From: Nitrosopumilus sp.
GTDB lineage: Archaea; Thermoproteota; Nitrososphaeria; Nitrososphaerales; Nitrosopumilaceae
Direction of reading: 5' to 3'
DNA length: 64,000 nucleotides
Assembly (NCBI GenBank): GCA_963662625.1
Contig: OY759726.1
Span: 1,088,001-1,152,000 of the forward strand
How positions within the stretch are numbered: the stretch's first letter is position 1; every line of letters starts with the position of its first letter. The notes beneath the pieces were generated by a model that did not search any database, was not told the DNA's origin, and worked only from the letters and a program-made list of their open reading frames with translations. The position numbers and the translations under genes were made by a program. This document shows positions 1 to 9,365 of this stretch, piece by piece.

Positions 1-986
1 GGCCGCTCACCGTCCAGGTGGCCGACGGCCAGGCCCCCTCCCTCGCCGCAGTCTCCGTGACATCGTCAGGGGCCATCCCGGGATATGCCACGGCAGGCGA
101 CGCCGTCACCCTGGAGTTCACGGCGTCCGAGGGGATAGCGGGCGTGTCGGTGGCCATCAACGGGAGCCCCTCCGAGCCGGAGAGCGCGGGCGGCAACTCG
201 TGGAGCGCCACGAAGACCGTCGACGGCGCGGATCCCTCGGGCCCAGTGGAGTTTGCCATAGGATTTGCCGACGCCGCGGGCAACTCCGGGCCGCGCGCAA
301 CCGCCACCACCGACGGCTCCTCCGTGTCGGTGTCAAGGGCCGACGCGTCCATACGCGGGACGGTGTTCTCCGATCCCAACGGCAATGGCGTCCGGGATGC
401 CGGGGACGCGGGCATCCCGGGGCATGTGATGCTTGCCATGTACCTGTCGACGGGGAGCGCAGCCACCGTCGCGACGGACGCCGATGGGACATACGCGTTC
501 GAGGACGTCCTGCCGACGCCGCACGTCACGGTGGTCCAGACGGGGCTCCACCCGCCCGGTCACGTCCTGTCCACCGCAAGCCCCTACGCGTACCTGTCGC
601 CCCGCGCGGACGGGACGGAGACGTTTGACGTGGGCTTCCGCCCCGTGCTGCCCGGCGAGTTCGTGTCCCTGCACGTAACGGCGTACCGCGACGACAACTC
701 AAACGGCGTGAGGGACGCCGGCGAGGGGCCGTTCCCCGGCCTGCGGGTAGACGTCCACACGTACAGCACGAACGAACTGGAGACGATGACGACCGGCGCC
801 GACGGCGCCGCAAGCAAGGCCGACCTCGTCCCCGCCGACTGGCTCGCGCAGGCGGCACTGCCCGCCGGCTACGCGGCGACGTCGCCGGTAGACGGCGCGA
901 CCGGCGTTCCGGGGGCGCTCCTCACAGAAGACCCCCGGCCGGGATCCGTGCACTACATGGAAATAGGCATGGCACCGGCGCCGTGA
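1..986 (+). CDS. C-terminal part of a large surface protein/adhesin: Ig-like repeat plus two SdrD-B/Cna-B-like domains (5' end outside the window)
   Basis: Frame is open from the window start. Two SdrD_B-like motifs (GTVFSDPNGNGVRDAGDAGIPG; AYRDDNSNGVRDAGEGPFPG) and TDADGTYAF-type strands are present. Confidence 0.7.
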   Translation, partial: PLTVQVADGQAPSLAAVSVTSSGAIPGYATAGDAVTLEFTASEGIAGVSVAINGSPSEPESAGGNSWSATKTVDGADPSGPVEFAIGFADAAGNSGPRATATTDGSSVSVSRADASIRGTVFSDPNGNGVRDAGDAGIPGHVMLAMYLSTGSAATVATDADGTYAFEDVLPTPHVTVVQTGLHPPGHVLSTASPYAYLSPRADGTETFDVGFRPVLPGEFVSLHVTAYRDDNSNGVRDAGEGPFPGLRVDVHTYSTNELETMTTGADGAASKADLVPADWLAQAALPAGYAATSPVDGATGVPGALLTEDPRPGSVHYMEIGMAPAP

Positions 987-1066
987 CCGGGCCTTGCCGG
1001 GACGCGGCGCCCCGCGGGATCCGTTGATCATACTCTTTACATACCCGTCGAATCCCAAAAACCACA

Positions 1067-1942
1067 TTGAACATCGCGTGCATACCTGCGCACAACGAGG
1101 AGGGGACCATAGGGGAGATCGTGGCGCTTGCCAGCAGGCACGTCGACCTGGTGGCGGTATGCGACGACGGCTCCGACGACGAGACCGCGCAGCTTGCAAA
1201 GGACGCCGGAGCCGTGGTGATATCCCACGAGAGGAACAGGGGCTACGGGGCGGCAATCGCGTCGCTCTTCGACTATGCCCGCACGCAAGACGCGGACACG
1301 CTCACCACGCTTGACGGGGACGGGCAGCACGACCCCGGGCAGATACCGGCGCTCCTCGACGCCCTGTCCCGGCACAAGGTCGACGTCGCGCTGGGCTCCA
1401 GGTTTGCAGACGACAGCACCGACGCGCCCGGGTACAGGAAGCGCGGGATCAAGATAATCACGTCCGTGTCGAACTACGGGACGGACTTCAAGGTGTCCGA
1501 CTCGCAGTCGGGCTTTCGCAGCTACGCCAAGACGGCGATCGCCGCGATCCACCCCACCGAGGAGGACATGGCGGCCTCGACTGAGATCCTGCTGAAGATC
1601 TCAAACAAGGGCCTGTCGCTCGCCGAGGTGCCCATATCTGTCTCGTACGGCGGCGACACGTCGGAACAGAACGCGGTGTCGCACGGCGCCTCGGTCGTGG
1701 CAAACACGCTCAAGTACGTGTCCATAAAGCACCCCCTCCAGTTCTACGGGATCCCGGCGGTGGCACTGCTGGTGATCGGGGCGGTCTTTGGGGGGATATT
1801 CCTGGACCAGTACCTGAACCACCAGGTCGTGTTCTACGGATCCCTGCTCGCGTCGGCCCTCACGTTCCTGGTGGGCGCGATCCTCCTGGTCACGTCGATC
1901 ATCCTGTTCTCAATGGCCAACCTGATCCGGGACAGACGCTAG
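1067..1942 (+). CDS. Family 2 glycosyltransferase (dolichol-phosphate mannosyltransferase-like) with two C-terminal TM helices
   Basis: Motifs IPAHNEE, VCDDGSDD, NRGYGAA, LDGDGQHDP and DSQSGFR; hydrophobic C-terminus; TTG start. Confidence 0.9.
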   Translation: MNIACIPAHNEEGTIGEIVALASRHVDLVAVCDDGSDDETAQLAKDAGAVVISHERNRGYGAAIASLFDYARTQDADTLTTLDGDGQHDPGQIPALLDALSRHKVDVALGSRFADDSTDAPGYRKRGIKIITSVSNYGTDFKVSDSQSGFRSYAKTAIAAIHPTEEDMAASTEILLKISNKGLSLAEVPISVSYGGDTSEQNAVSHGASVVANTLKYVSIKHPLQFYGIPAVALLVIGAVFGGIFLDQYLNHQVVFYGSLLASALTFLVGAILLVTSIILFSMANLIRDRR

Positions 1943-2818
1943 CCTTAGCCCCTCCTCGAGCCCGGTGGCCGGCTCAAAGCCCAGCCCGCGCCTTGCAAGC
2001 GAGACGTCCGCGGCGCTGTGCATCACGTCGTGAGGGTCACGCTCCGCGTGGACCCGCGCCACCTCCCTTCCAACCGCGCGTTCCATCATGCCTGCAAGCT
2101 CGTTGATCGACACGGACCTGCCGCTTGCGACGTTGTACGTTGCCGGCCCCGTGGCCCCCAGCGCCAGCACGAAGGCGGCCGCCACGTCTCCGGCAAATAC
2201 AAAGTCCCTGGTCTGCGTCCCGTCCCCGTTGATCGTGACCGGCATGCCCCCCGCTATGCTCCGCGCAAACCTCGAGACCACCCCGGCGCGGCAGCCACTC
2301 CCGTACGCGTTGAAGACCCTCAGGGAGATCCCGCACATCCCGAACCTCTCCGAGAACTCCCGCACGAGCCGCTCGGCCTCCAGCTTGCTCCTGCCGTACG
2401 GCGACGACGGGCGCGCCTCGGAGTCCTCGCGCGCTGGCAGCCCCCCGCACGCGCCGTACACAGCGGCAGACGACGCAAAGACCACCCTCCTGATCCCGTT
2501 CCGCGCGCAGCACTCGAGCACGTTGGCCGTGCCGTCGACGTTGATCCTGTGCGTCTCCTCCGGGTGCAGCGCCGACCGCGCGACGTCCGTCCTCGCCGCC
2601 AGGTGGACCATGGCGTCGAAGCCCACGCACGCCTCCTCCAGGGCCCCACGGTCCGCGATGTCCCCCCTGACAAAGTCGGCGCCGCCCCTGACCGGGCCCC
2701 CTGGCGCGCTGCCCGGGGCCGAGAGGTCGTCGTAGATCCTGACTGCGTTGCCCCCTAGTAGCAGCCCCGCGATGCTGCGGCCCAGGAACCCCGCGCCCCC
2801 GGTAACAAACACCTTCAA
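1910..2818 (-). CDS. NAD-dependent epimerase/dehydratase (UDP-glucose 4-epimerase-like extended SDR)
   Basis: TGGAGFLG Rossmann motif, HLAA, ASSAAVYG, catalytic YxxxK (YGRSK), GDGTQTRDF. Confidence 0.9.
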   Translation of the reverse strand: MKVFVTGGAGFLGRSIAGLLLGGNAVRIYDDLSAPGSAPGGPVRGGADFVRGDIADRGALEEACVGFDAMVHLAARTDVARSALHPEETHRINVDGTANVLECCARNGIRRVVFASSAAVYGACGGLPAREDSEARPSSPYGRSKLEAERLVREFSERFGMCGISLRVFNAYGSGCRAGVVSRFARSIAGGMPVTINGDGTQTRDFVFAGDVAAAFVLALGATGPATYNVASGRSVSINELAGMMERAVGREVARVHAERDPHDVMHSAADVSLARRGLGFEPATGLEEGLRLASVPDQVGH

Positions 2819-3023
2819 CGACCCTCTGAGCGGCGCCCGGCGTTATCTTGGTTTCTATGGGGAATACCGGCTAGAATAATTGCAAGCAAACCCGGACAAT
2901 CGTGCATTATTTGGCGGCACGGGGGGCAAAACGTGCCCAATCTTGCAATTTTTATAACGCGCGATCTAAAAATTACCCAAACGGCTGCCCGGCCGTCAAA
3001 TATGTGGACATAATCGGGAAATT

Positions 3024-3052
3024 ATGGACAAATTGTCCATTAGCCTTATATA
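3024..3052 (+). promoter_or_regulatory. S-layer gene promoter: 8-1-8 palindrome ATGGACAA-A-TTGTCCAT followed by a TATA-like TTATATA
   Basis: Perfect inverted repeat at 3024-3040 and TTATATA at ~3046-3052, about 30 nt upstream of the ATG at 3081. Confidence 0.55.
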
Positions 3053-3080
3053 GAAATTTTATTGAAGACACTGCAATAAC

Positions 3081-6000
3081 ATGAACAACGAAATAGGACG
3101 AAAACTAACTAGTCTTACACTAATGGCAATCATGGTTGTCGGCGGGATGACTATCGCAGCTCCCGGCTTTGCCCCGGCCGCACAGGCCCAGCAAAGCAAC
3201 GCCAACCTGTTTGTCTCCGCGGAAAATCCGACATTCGAGAACTACATAGGCGGACCACAAGTCATCGAGGTGGTAGTCATTGACTCAAACATCAGTGACA
3301 CCGACGAGGCAAAGGGCGAACCGGACGTTACCGTCAACGGCCAGGATCTAAGAATGGTCCAGGCAGTCGACGGAAGCTGGTATGGCTACTTTGCCGAGAT
3401 CGAGATGGCAACCATGGCCGATGCTACAACCACTACGGCCGGCGCAGGCCTGGACTTTGGCACTATCTACAGTGATGTGTCACGGGCCAGTGGCGTGCTC
3501 GGCGTCTCCATCAGCGAGGCCGACGGCTTTGCCGCAGGCAGCAACATCAACGTCGTAAGGGAGGCCAAGGACATCAACGACAATGTGCCCAAACTGGGCC
3601 AGATTGGCGTCAACGATAACATGTGGCCCTTCATACAACTATATGACTTCACCCCGACGGGCAGCGTCGTAGTGCAGTACAACAAGGGCGGTGGTGCCCA
3701 AACGGCAACATTCACCTTTGACACTGTAGACGGCTATGCCGGCGCAACACTGGACAGGCAAACGTACCCCCAGGGTGCGCAGCTCCACACCACAATCACG
3801 GACACGTGGCTCAACATAGACCCGACTGACGAGGACTCTTGGACGTTTGACACGGCCCGCAGTCTGATTTACTACCAGGTCTACGATGAGAACGGCAACT
3901 CTGCTGGCGGTGCTACAGCTAGCACTGACCTGACAGATGACATCAGCGGCCTGATGTGCGACGACTGTCTGCTCATCATCGCCCCTGACGCGCAAGCGAC
4001 GGGAACTGACGTGGTTACATTCCAGGGCACCAAGAACGGTGCACTGGTTGCGAACATAATGCAGCAGGTCACGGTCACAGAAATGGGACCCAACAGCGGC
4101 ATGTTCGGCTCGTATGACGAGGACGATGTTTCCAGCATTAAAATCTCAGACGATGCAATGCGAAGGACATCTGCAACCCTTGACTACAACGATTCCCCAC
4201 AGACGGTTCTAGTAGGATTTGACTTTGCGACCATTGACATCATGCCGGTGGACGACACGTGGAACTCCGGCGAAGCGATACCCATCGTGATTGTTGACGG
4301 CGACGCCAACAAGAACAGCAGGGCAGACGAGGACTATGCCGTGAGCAATCCGGACACGCCTCTGATCCCGACGCTGGTAACCGGTGACCCGTTCACGCTA
4401 GGTGACGGCGCTGTCAACGTGGCTCTCAACACGTCTTCGGGCGGCACAATGACGACCACTACGGAGGTGCAGCAATTCAGCGACAGGGCATTGATCATGC
4501 CAAGCAGTAACACCACTGCCATGGTCAATTCCGTCGTGATTGACTTTGGTACCAACATGGAAAGCCTGAAAAGTACGCTCCTTGACACAACCCAAGACAG
4601 AACCTATGGATACAACTTCTACAACCAGGACGTTCAAAGCCTAGGCTTTGGCACAACTACGGTGTCGTTGCTGTACTCCAGCGGCTCCATCGATGGCAAC
4701 AGTTCGTCAATACCGCTAGGCAGTGCTGATGCGCAAAGCGGCCTGGTGCGTGTTACCGACGATGCCATTTCCCAAATAATGGCAGTTGACGGCAACATGA
4801 ACGTCGGACTGCAAATCGCCAGCTCAAACGGTGTCAACGTAAGCGCAGGCAGCACAATGCCCATCGTCACTGACTTCTTCTCCTACGGCTTCATGAACAA
4901 CGGTGAATTTGGAAGCGAGAGAATCGCAAACCAGATCATCAGGATCGAAGTCGAGGAGAGCGGCGACAACACGAGCACCTTCGAGGGATCGCTGGAATAC
5001 GTCATGGTCAACCAGCTGAACATACTTGACGAGAACACGTACACAGGCTTGGACACGATCTCAGACGCGGTGACGTTCATCGCGATTGAGGACATGACCG
5101 ACGAGGACTCCATCAGGGTCAACTACCTTGACCTTGGTGCCGACGGCGTATCGACCCAAATAGCCGATCAGCAGGAGGCACCAACCAGCTCGGGCATCGT
5201 GTCACTTGACAACGACAACTACAAGGTTGCCGACACGGTAACCATCACGCTGGAGGACGCTGACATGAACGTGGACTCTGATCTCGTGGAGATCTACACA
5301 ATTCCTCCACAGTCAGATACAGTCGGTCAAATACTTCCAGTTGTCCTCCACACCGGTAACCTAGGCAGGGTACTGGATGTAACGTTTGATGATGCTCCGT
5401 GGAAGACGCCTGCCGACAACATGTGCGGCGGTATGTCATTCACAGGCGATACAGGCCTTGGAGCAACCGGATTCACTCTGGTTGAGACAGGTTCCGCAAC
5501 AGGCGTCTTCATGGGTGACTTCCAGATCCCGGCAACTTGGTGCCAGAAGGACAACGACAACGACCCCGGCACCGTCATGACAACGACTGGACTTGACATT
5601 GAGGTCAACTATGTTGACTTTAGGGACGCGTCAGGCGAAATCATCGAAGTCGGTGATGGAGCAGGCGTAAGGGCCAACACTGGCTCAGTAAGCCTTGACA
5701 AGACGGTATATCCTGTACCGTTCGGCGTTCCAGGAGACTCTGTCAAAACCAAACCCAACAATAGCAATACACCAGACGGTAGGTCGGTATTCCCGATCCA
5801 CCAGACTGGAATGGACGATAATGTAGGTTTGCACGTCGTCACTGTTGGCGACCAAACAGCAGAGGAGTTCCTCAACAACGGTGATCTGACCGTTCACGTC
5901 AGGGTCAACGATGCAGACTTTGACATATCTGCATCCGGCGAAGACAAGATCGCGCAAAACGTTCCGTGTGGGAAAGACAATCAGGGCAACGACGTGTGTC

Positions 6001-7925
6001 CAGGTGTTGGTCCAGTCAAGCTCTCAGTTATAAGGGGAGCTAGTACTGTCGTACTGGGCTATGCTGGAGGTGAATCAACCGTGAATGGATGGATCACCAA
6101 TGACCAGAATGTCAAGGATGGTATGGTAACCATCGACGACAAGGGCATACCAGTCAACCAGTTTGGCCCAATCACGGAGGTTGCACCAGACGCTGGAATC
6201 TTTGAGGCAGACATAACCGTCAAGTTCACCGACGGGCCAGCAGACAGCAAGTGCCCGACTCACGACTACAACAACAGGGTCGTTACGCCGCCAACTTCAG
6301 GAAACTACTGTATCCTACAGGGGGACATCCTCCAAGTGGAATACACTGATCCTACTGACGCCTCTGGCAGCCTGAACACCGTGACTGACTCTGCTACGTT
6401 TGACCTCAGAAACGGCGTACTGCAGTCTGACAAATCCGTCTACCTCATAGGCTCTGACATAATCCTGACCCTCATTGAGCCAGACTTGGATCTGGACAAT
6501 GACCAGGCCGAGACATACAGCTTGGACCTGATCGAGTGGGACTCTGATGCAGCCACGGTCACCATGGGTATCCTTGGTGCCACCGACGGCGCATTCGACC
6601 CGGAACCCTCCGACTTCAGGGAAACCGGTGACAGCACTGGAATCTTCCAGATCGTCATCGAGACTCCCTCGGCACTCAAGGGTGACAACCTCGAAAGGGG
6701 TGAGGAGATAGCGCTAGAGTACACCGACTGGGGCCCGTCCGGCTCCGATTATGTCGGTGACGAGGACCAGGATGTCAACCTGACGATCTACACTTCGAAC
6801 TTCGGAGCAACCGTGGAACTTGACCAAAAGGTCTACACTTGGACTGACAAGGTATACATCACCATAGTCGCGCCAGACCACAACTTCGACGGCGACCTAG
6901 TTGACGAAATCGGCAACACCGACTCGAACCCCATAAAGGTTTCGACCAGGGGAGCCGACCTTGACAACTACAAGCTGGTCGAGACTGGCACTGACACGGG
7001 CATCTTCACCGGCGAGGTAATCCTTACCGGTTTCGCACATGATGCCGACGGTGACACTACCACCGGCTCCACCGGCAACGACGTAATGGATCGTTCGCCG
7101 TCTGGCAGCGGTCCGACCGATGGCACACTGCCATCTGACGACGACGACGGCATCACCGTCTCCTTTGATGTCTCAGAGGACGACACGATAGTCGGCTCGG
7201 CGCTAATCAGGTGGAACATCGGCGAGGTCCAGTGGCTCGAGTCAAGCTACCCGGCAACGGGAACTGGTGTTGTAAGAGTAATTGATCCAGACATGAACCT
7301 AGATCCAGAAGCAGTCGACAACTTCAACGTCGATGTATGGTCCGACTCCGATTCCGGAGGCATTGACCTTACTGTGACCGAGACCAACGAGGCTACCGGA
7401 ATATTCGAGGGCACGGTGTTCTTCACCGTCAGCGACCCCTCATCCGGCCACAGACTCAGGGTCGCAGAGGCCGATACCATAACCGCGGAGTATGAGGACA
7501 ATACGTTGCCTGATCCATACACAACTGCAGATGAACTCGACGTCACTGCCACGTCGCTAATCGGCACTATAGTACCAGCTCTCGAGAGGGCACCAGCCTC
7601 AAACTTGAGAGTAGTTGATGCATTTAAGAACAGCCTAGACGCTGTCTCAGTTGATCAACAGGTACAGGTAGTCGCTGACGTGACGAACGGTCAGGACAAG
7701 GAGCAGCCATTTGCATACTTGGTACAGATTCAGGACAGCAACGGCGTCACAGTCTCACTGTCATGGATAGAGGGCTCACTGTCAGCTGGTCAATCACTCA
7801 GTCCGTCGCAGTCTTGGACTCCGAGCGCAGCCGGTAGCTACACGGCAACCGCGTTTGTCTGGGAGTCTATTGACAGCCCGACGGCACTGTCTCCATCAGT
7901 AACGACGACCATCAGTGTAAGTTAA
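3081..7925 (+). CDS. slaA: Major S-layer protein (Nitrosopumilaceae SlaA-type, tandem Ig-like domains)
   Basis: N-terminus MNNEIGRKLTSLTLMAIMVVGG is typical of nitrosopumilid S-layer proteins. 1614 aa, very Asp-rich, with repeated ETGxxTGxF / LDxxxY Ig modules and a C-terminal AYLVQIQD...FVWES...PTALSP domain. Confidence 0.88.
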   Translation: MNNEIGRKLTSLTLMAIMVVGGMTIAAPGFAPAAQAQQSNANLFVSAENPTFENYIGGPQVIEVVVIDSNISDTDEAKGEPDVTVNGQDLRMVQAVDGSWYGYFAEIEMATMADATTTTAGAGLDFGTIYSDVSRASGVLGVSISEADGFAAGSNINVVREAKDINDNVPKLGQIGVNDNMWPFIQLYDFTPTGSVVVQYNKGGGAQTATFTFDTVDGYAGATLDRQTYPQGAQLHTTITDTWLNIDPTDEDSWTFDTARSLIYYQVYDENGNSAGGATASTDLTDDISGLMCDDCLLIIAPDAQATGTDVVTFQGTKNGALVANIMQQVTVTEMGPNSGMFGSYDEDDVSSIKISDDAMRRTSATLDYNDSPQTVLVGFDFATIDIMPVDDTWNSGEAIPIVIVDGDANKNSRADEDYAVSNPDTPLIPTLVTGDPFTLGDGAVNVALNTSSGGTMTTTTEVQQFSDRALIMPSSNTTAMVNSVVIDFGTNMESLKSTLLDTTQDRTYGYNFYNQDVQSLGFGTTTVSLLYSSGSIDGNSSSIPLGSADAQSGLVRVTDDAISQIMAVDGNMNVGLQIASSNGVNVSAGSTMPIVTDFFSYGFMNNGEFGSERIANQIIRIEVEESGDNTSTFEGSLEYVMVNQLNILDENTYTGLDTISDAVTFIAIEDMTDEDSIRVNYLDLGADGVSTQIADQQEAPTSSGIVSLDNDNYKVADTVTITLEDADMNVDSDLVEIYTIPPQSDTVGQILPVVLHTGNLGRVLDVTFDDAPWKTPADNMCGGMSFTGDTGLGATGFTLVETGSATGVFMGDFQIPATWCQKDNDNDPGTVMTTTGLDIEVNYVDFRDASGEIIEVGDGAGVRANTGSVSLDKTVYPVPFGVPGDSVKTKPNNSNTPDGRSVFPIHQTGMDDNVGLHVVTVGDQTAEEFLNNGDLTVHVRVNDADFDISASGEDKIAQNVPCGKDNQGNDVCPGVGPVKLSVIRGASTVVLGYAGGESTVNGWITNDQNVKDGMVTIDDKGIPVNQFGPITEVAPDAGIFEADITVKFTDGPADSKCPTHDYNNRVVTPPTSGNYCILQGDILQVEYTDPTDASGSLNTVTDSATFDLRNGVLQSDKSVYLIGSDIILTLIEPDLDLDNDQAETYSLDLIEWDSDAATVTMGILGATDGAFDPEPSDFRETGDSTGIFQIVIETPSALKGDNLERGEEIALEYTDWGPSGSDYVGDEDQDVNLTIYTSNFGATVELDQKVYTWTDKVYITIVAPDHNFDGDLVDEIGNTDSNPIKVSTRGADLDNYKLVETGTDTGIFTGEVILTGFAHDADGDTTTGSTGNDVMDRSPSGSGPTDGTLPSDDDDGITVSFDVSEDDTIVGSALIRWNIGEVQWLESSYPATGTGVVRVIDPDMNLDPEAVDNFNVDVWSDSDSGGIDLTVTETNEATGIFEGTVFFTVSDPSSGHRLRVAEADTITAEYEDNTLPDPYTTADELDVTATSLIGTIVPALERAPASNLRVVDAFKNSLDAVSVDQQVQVVADVTNGQDKEQPFAYLVQIQDSNGVTVSLSWIEGSLSAGQSLSPSQSWTPSAAGSYTATAFVWESIDSPTALSPSVTTTISVS

Positions 7926-7939
7926 AAAACTAGTTCGCA

Positions 7940-7961
7940 TTTCCCTTTTTCTTTTTTTTTG
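7940..7961 (+). terminator. Archaeal oligo-T terminator of the S-layer gene
   Basis: TTTCCCTTTTTCTTTTTTTTT about 15 nt after the stop codon. Confidence 0.7.
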
Positions 7962-8295
7962 ATTCCCACTTAACGATAGTTATGCACGATGATCCTGTCA
8001 ACGCCTGGCCCGCTCCAAGTTCCGGCTAGCGCCTGGCGCGTCGCCGGCCTGGCTAGCTTCCTCTTGGACATGACCTCTCTCCCGCGGCCCCCGCCCCGCC
8101 GGCGAATGGATGGGAGCCGTGCCCTGCCGTGGCGGGCACGGCCCGCCGTGGTCCCCGACGGCGCCCCCAGGCACCGCAACCACGTTTTCCGCCGTGGCGA
8201 GGATCACGCGCCAGCCCCCGGAATGCTCTGTACGCACCTCCATGGATCCGGGCAGGGGGCCGAAACCGCAGAAATAATAGTGACTAAAACGGCGT

Positions 8296-9279
8296 ATGTT
8301 TGAATTGAAGACGGCGGTCCTGTTCCCCCTGCTGGCGGCGGCCCTGGTGGCATGCGCCCAGCCGGCGCTTGCAGAACAGCTGACGCTGTCGACCAGCAGC
8401 AGCGTCTATTCCAAGGGGGAGATCCTGTTCGTCTACGGGACGGGGATGCCGGACGAGGCCCTGATCCTGCGCATGACCGCCCCCGACGAGACGATCATAA
8501 AGTTCGACCAGATAAAGGCCGACGGGGACGGGGTCTTCCACTACCCCCTGCTGGCGTGGCCAGAAGAGTCCACCGACTTCCCGCTTGGCACCTACGCGAT
8601 CGAGGTGATCAGCACGGGGCAGGGCATCTCGCGGACGGCCGACGTAAAGTTCTCGTCCACGTCCGACCTGGTCGAGGTCCCGATCGAGCGGAACCTGGAC
8701 ATACTGGTGTTTGCCCCCGAGTCCGCGGCCGTGAACAGCCCGCTGAGGGTGTTCGTGCAGCTCACAAGCGACGGCCTGCTGCTGGGAAACAGCCCCGACC
8801 AGCTGCTCCAGTCTACCCACGTCCACACCCCGGTCGGCGGGCTGGAGCCGCTGTCCGACTCGTTTTCCACGCTGCACCGCGGGCTGTACTTCGTCGACTA
8901 TACCCCCGCCCAGGAGGGGACGTACGTGTTCCACGTGGTGGCCTTTAGCCAGGGGACCGCCTCCCACGGCTCGGTCGCGACAAGCGTCATAGGCCAGGAC
9001 CTGGGGGGGATATCTGACCAGATAATCCGGCTGAACACAATCCTGGACGAGACCTCCGCGGAGCTTGCCACCCTGAAATCCGAGATAGGCGGGTTCGGCT
9101 CCACGCTGCACACGGCAAGCGACGACATCCGATCCGGCGTATCCTCCGTGTCACGATCCGTGGAAAACATGGAGGACGCCTCGTCCCAGCTGAACTCCCT
9201 GCTGCTCCCGATAGTCTCGTCGATCGGGATAATCGTCGCGCTGCAGATAGTGATACTTGCGAGAAGGCGCGTCATGTGA
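8296..9279 (+). CDS. Secreted, C-terminally membrane-anchored protein: beta-sandwich domains, coiled coil and TM helix (candidate S-layer stalk)
   Basis: Signal peptide (..AQPALA), beta-rich N-terminal region, heptad segment (ISDQIIRLNTILDETSAELATLKSEI...), TM helix (LLLPIVSSIGIIVALQIVILA) and RRR stop-transfer. Confidence 0.75.
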   Translation: MFELKTAVLFPLLAAALVACAQPALAEQLTLSTSSSVYSKGEILFVYGTGMPDEALILRMTAPDETIIKFDQIKADGDGVFHYPLLAWPEESTDFPLGTYAIEVISTGQGISRTADVKFSSTSDLVEVPIERNLDILVFAPESAAVNSPLRVFVQLTSDGLLLGNSPDQLLQSTHVHTPVGGLEPLSDSFSTLHRGLYFVDYTPAQEGTYVFHVVAFSQGTASHGSVATSVIGQDLGGISDQIIRLNTILDETSAELATLKSEIGGFGSTLHTASDDIRSGVSSVSRSVENMEDASSQLNSLLLPIVSSIGIIVALQIVILARRRVM

Positions 9280-9365
9280 GGGGCCGCGGCAGGACAGGCC
9301 CGCGCAAAGAATGCCGCGCCGCGCGCAGAATCAAGGTATAATAATACAAGTGGCCCATCCAGTCC

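Noticed and set aside
1910-1942. Overlapping 3' ends of convergent genes (also 18400-18422 and 41929-41951) as antisense regulation
   Set aside because: Short convergent overlaps are common in compact, high-GC archaeal genomes where stop codons drift, and there is no further evidence.
3081-7925. Lower GC of the S-layer gene as evidence of horizontal transfer
   Set aside because: It is a lineage-typical core gene. The composition is better explained by high-expression codon usage and Asp/Thr/Asn richness.
7970-8295. Short ORFs between the S-layer gene and the next gene
   Set aside because: Low-complexity GC-rich translations in both directions with no motifs. The region is more likely terminator plus promoter DNA.
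8296-9279. Methyl-accepting chemotaxis protein
   Set aside because: The coiled coil lies on the exported side before a single C-terminal TM helix, there is no MCP hairpin signature, and no che genes are nearby.
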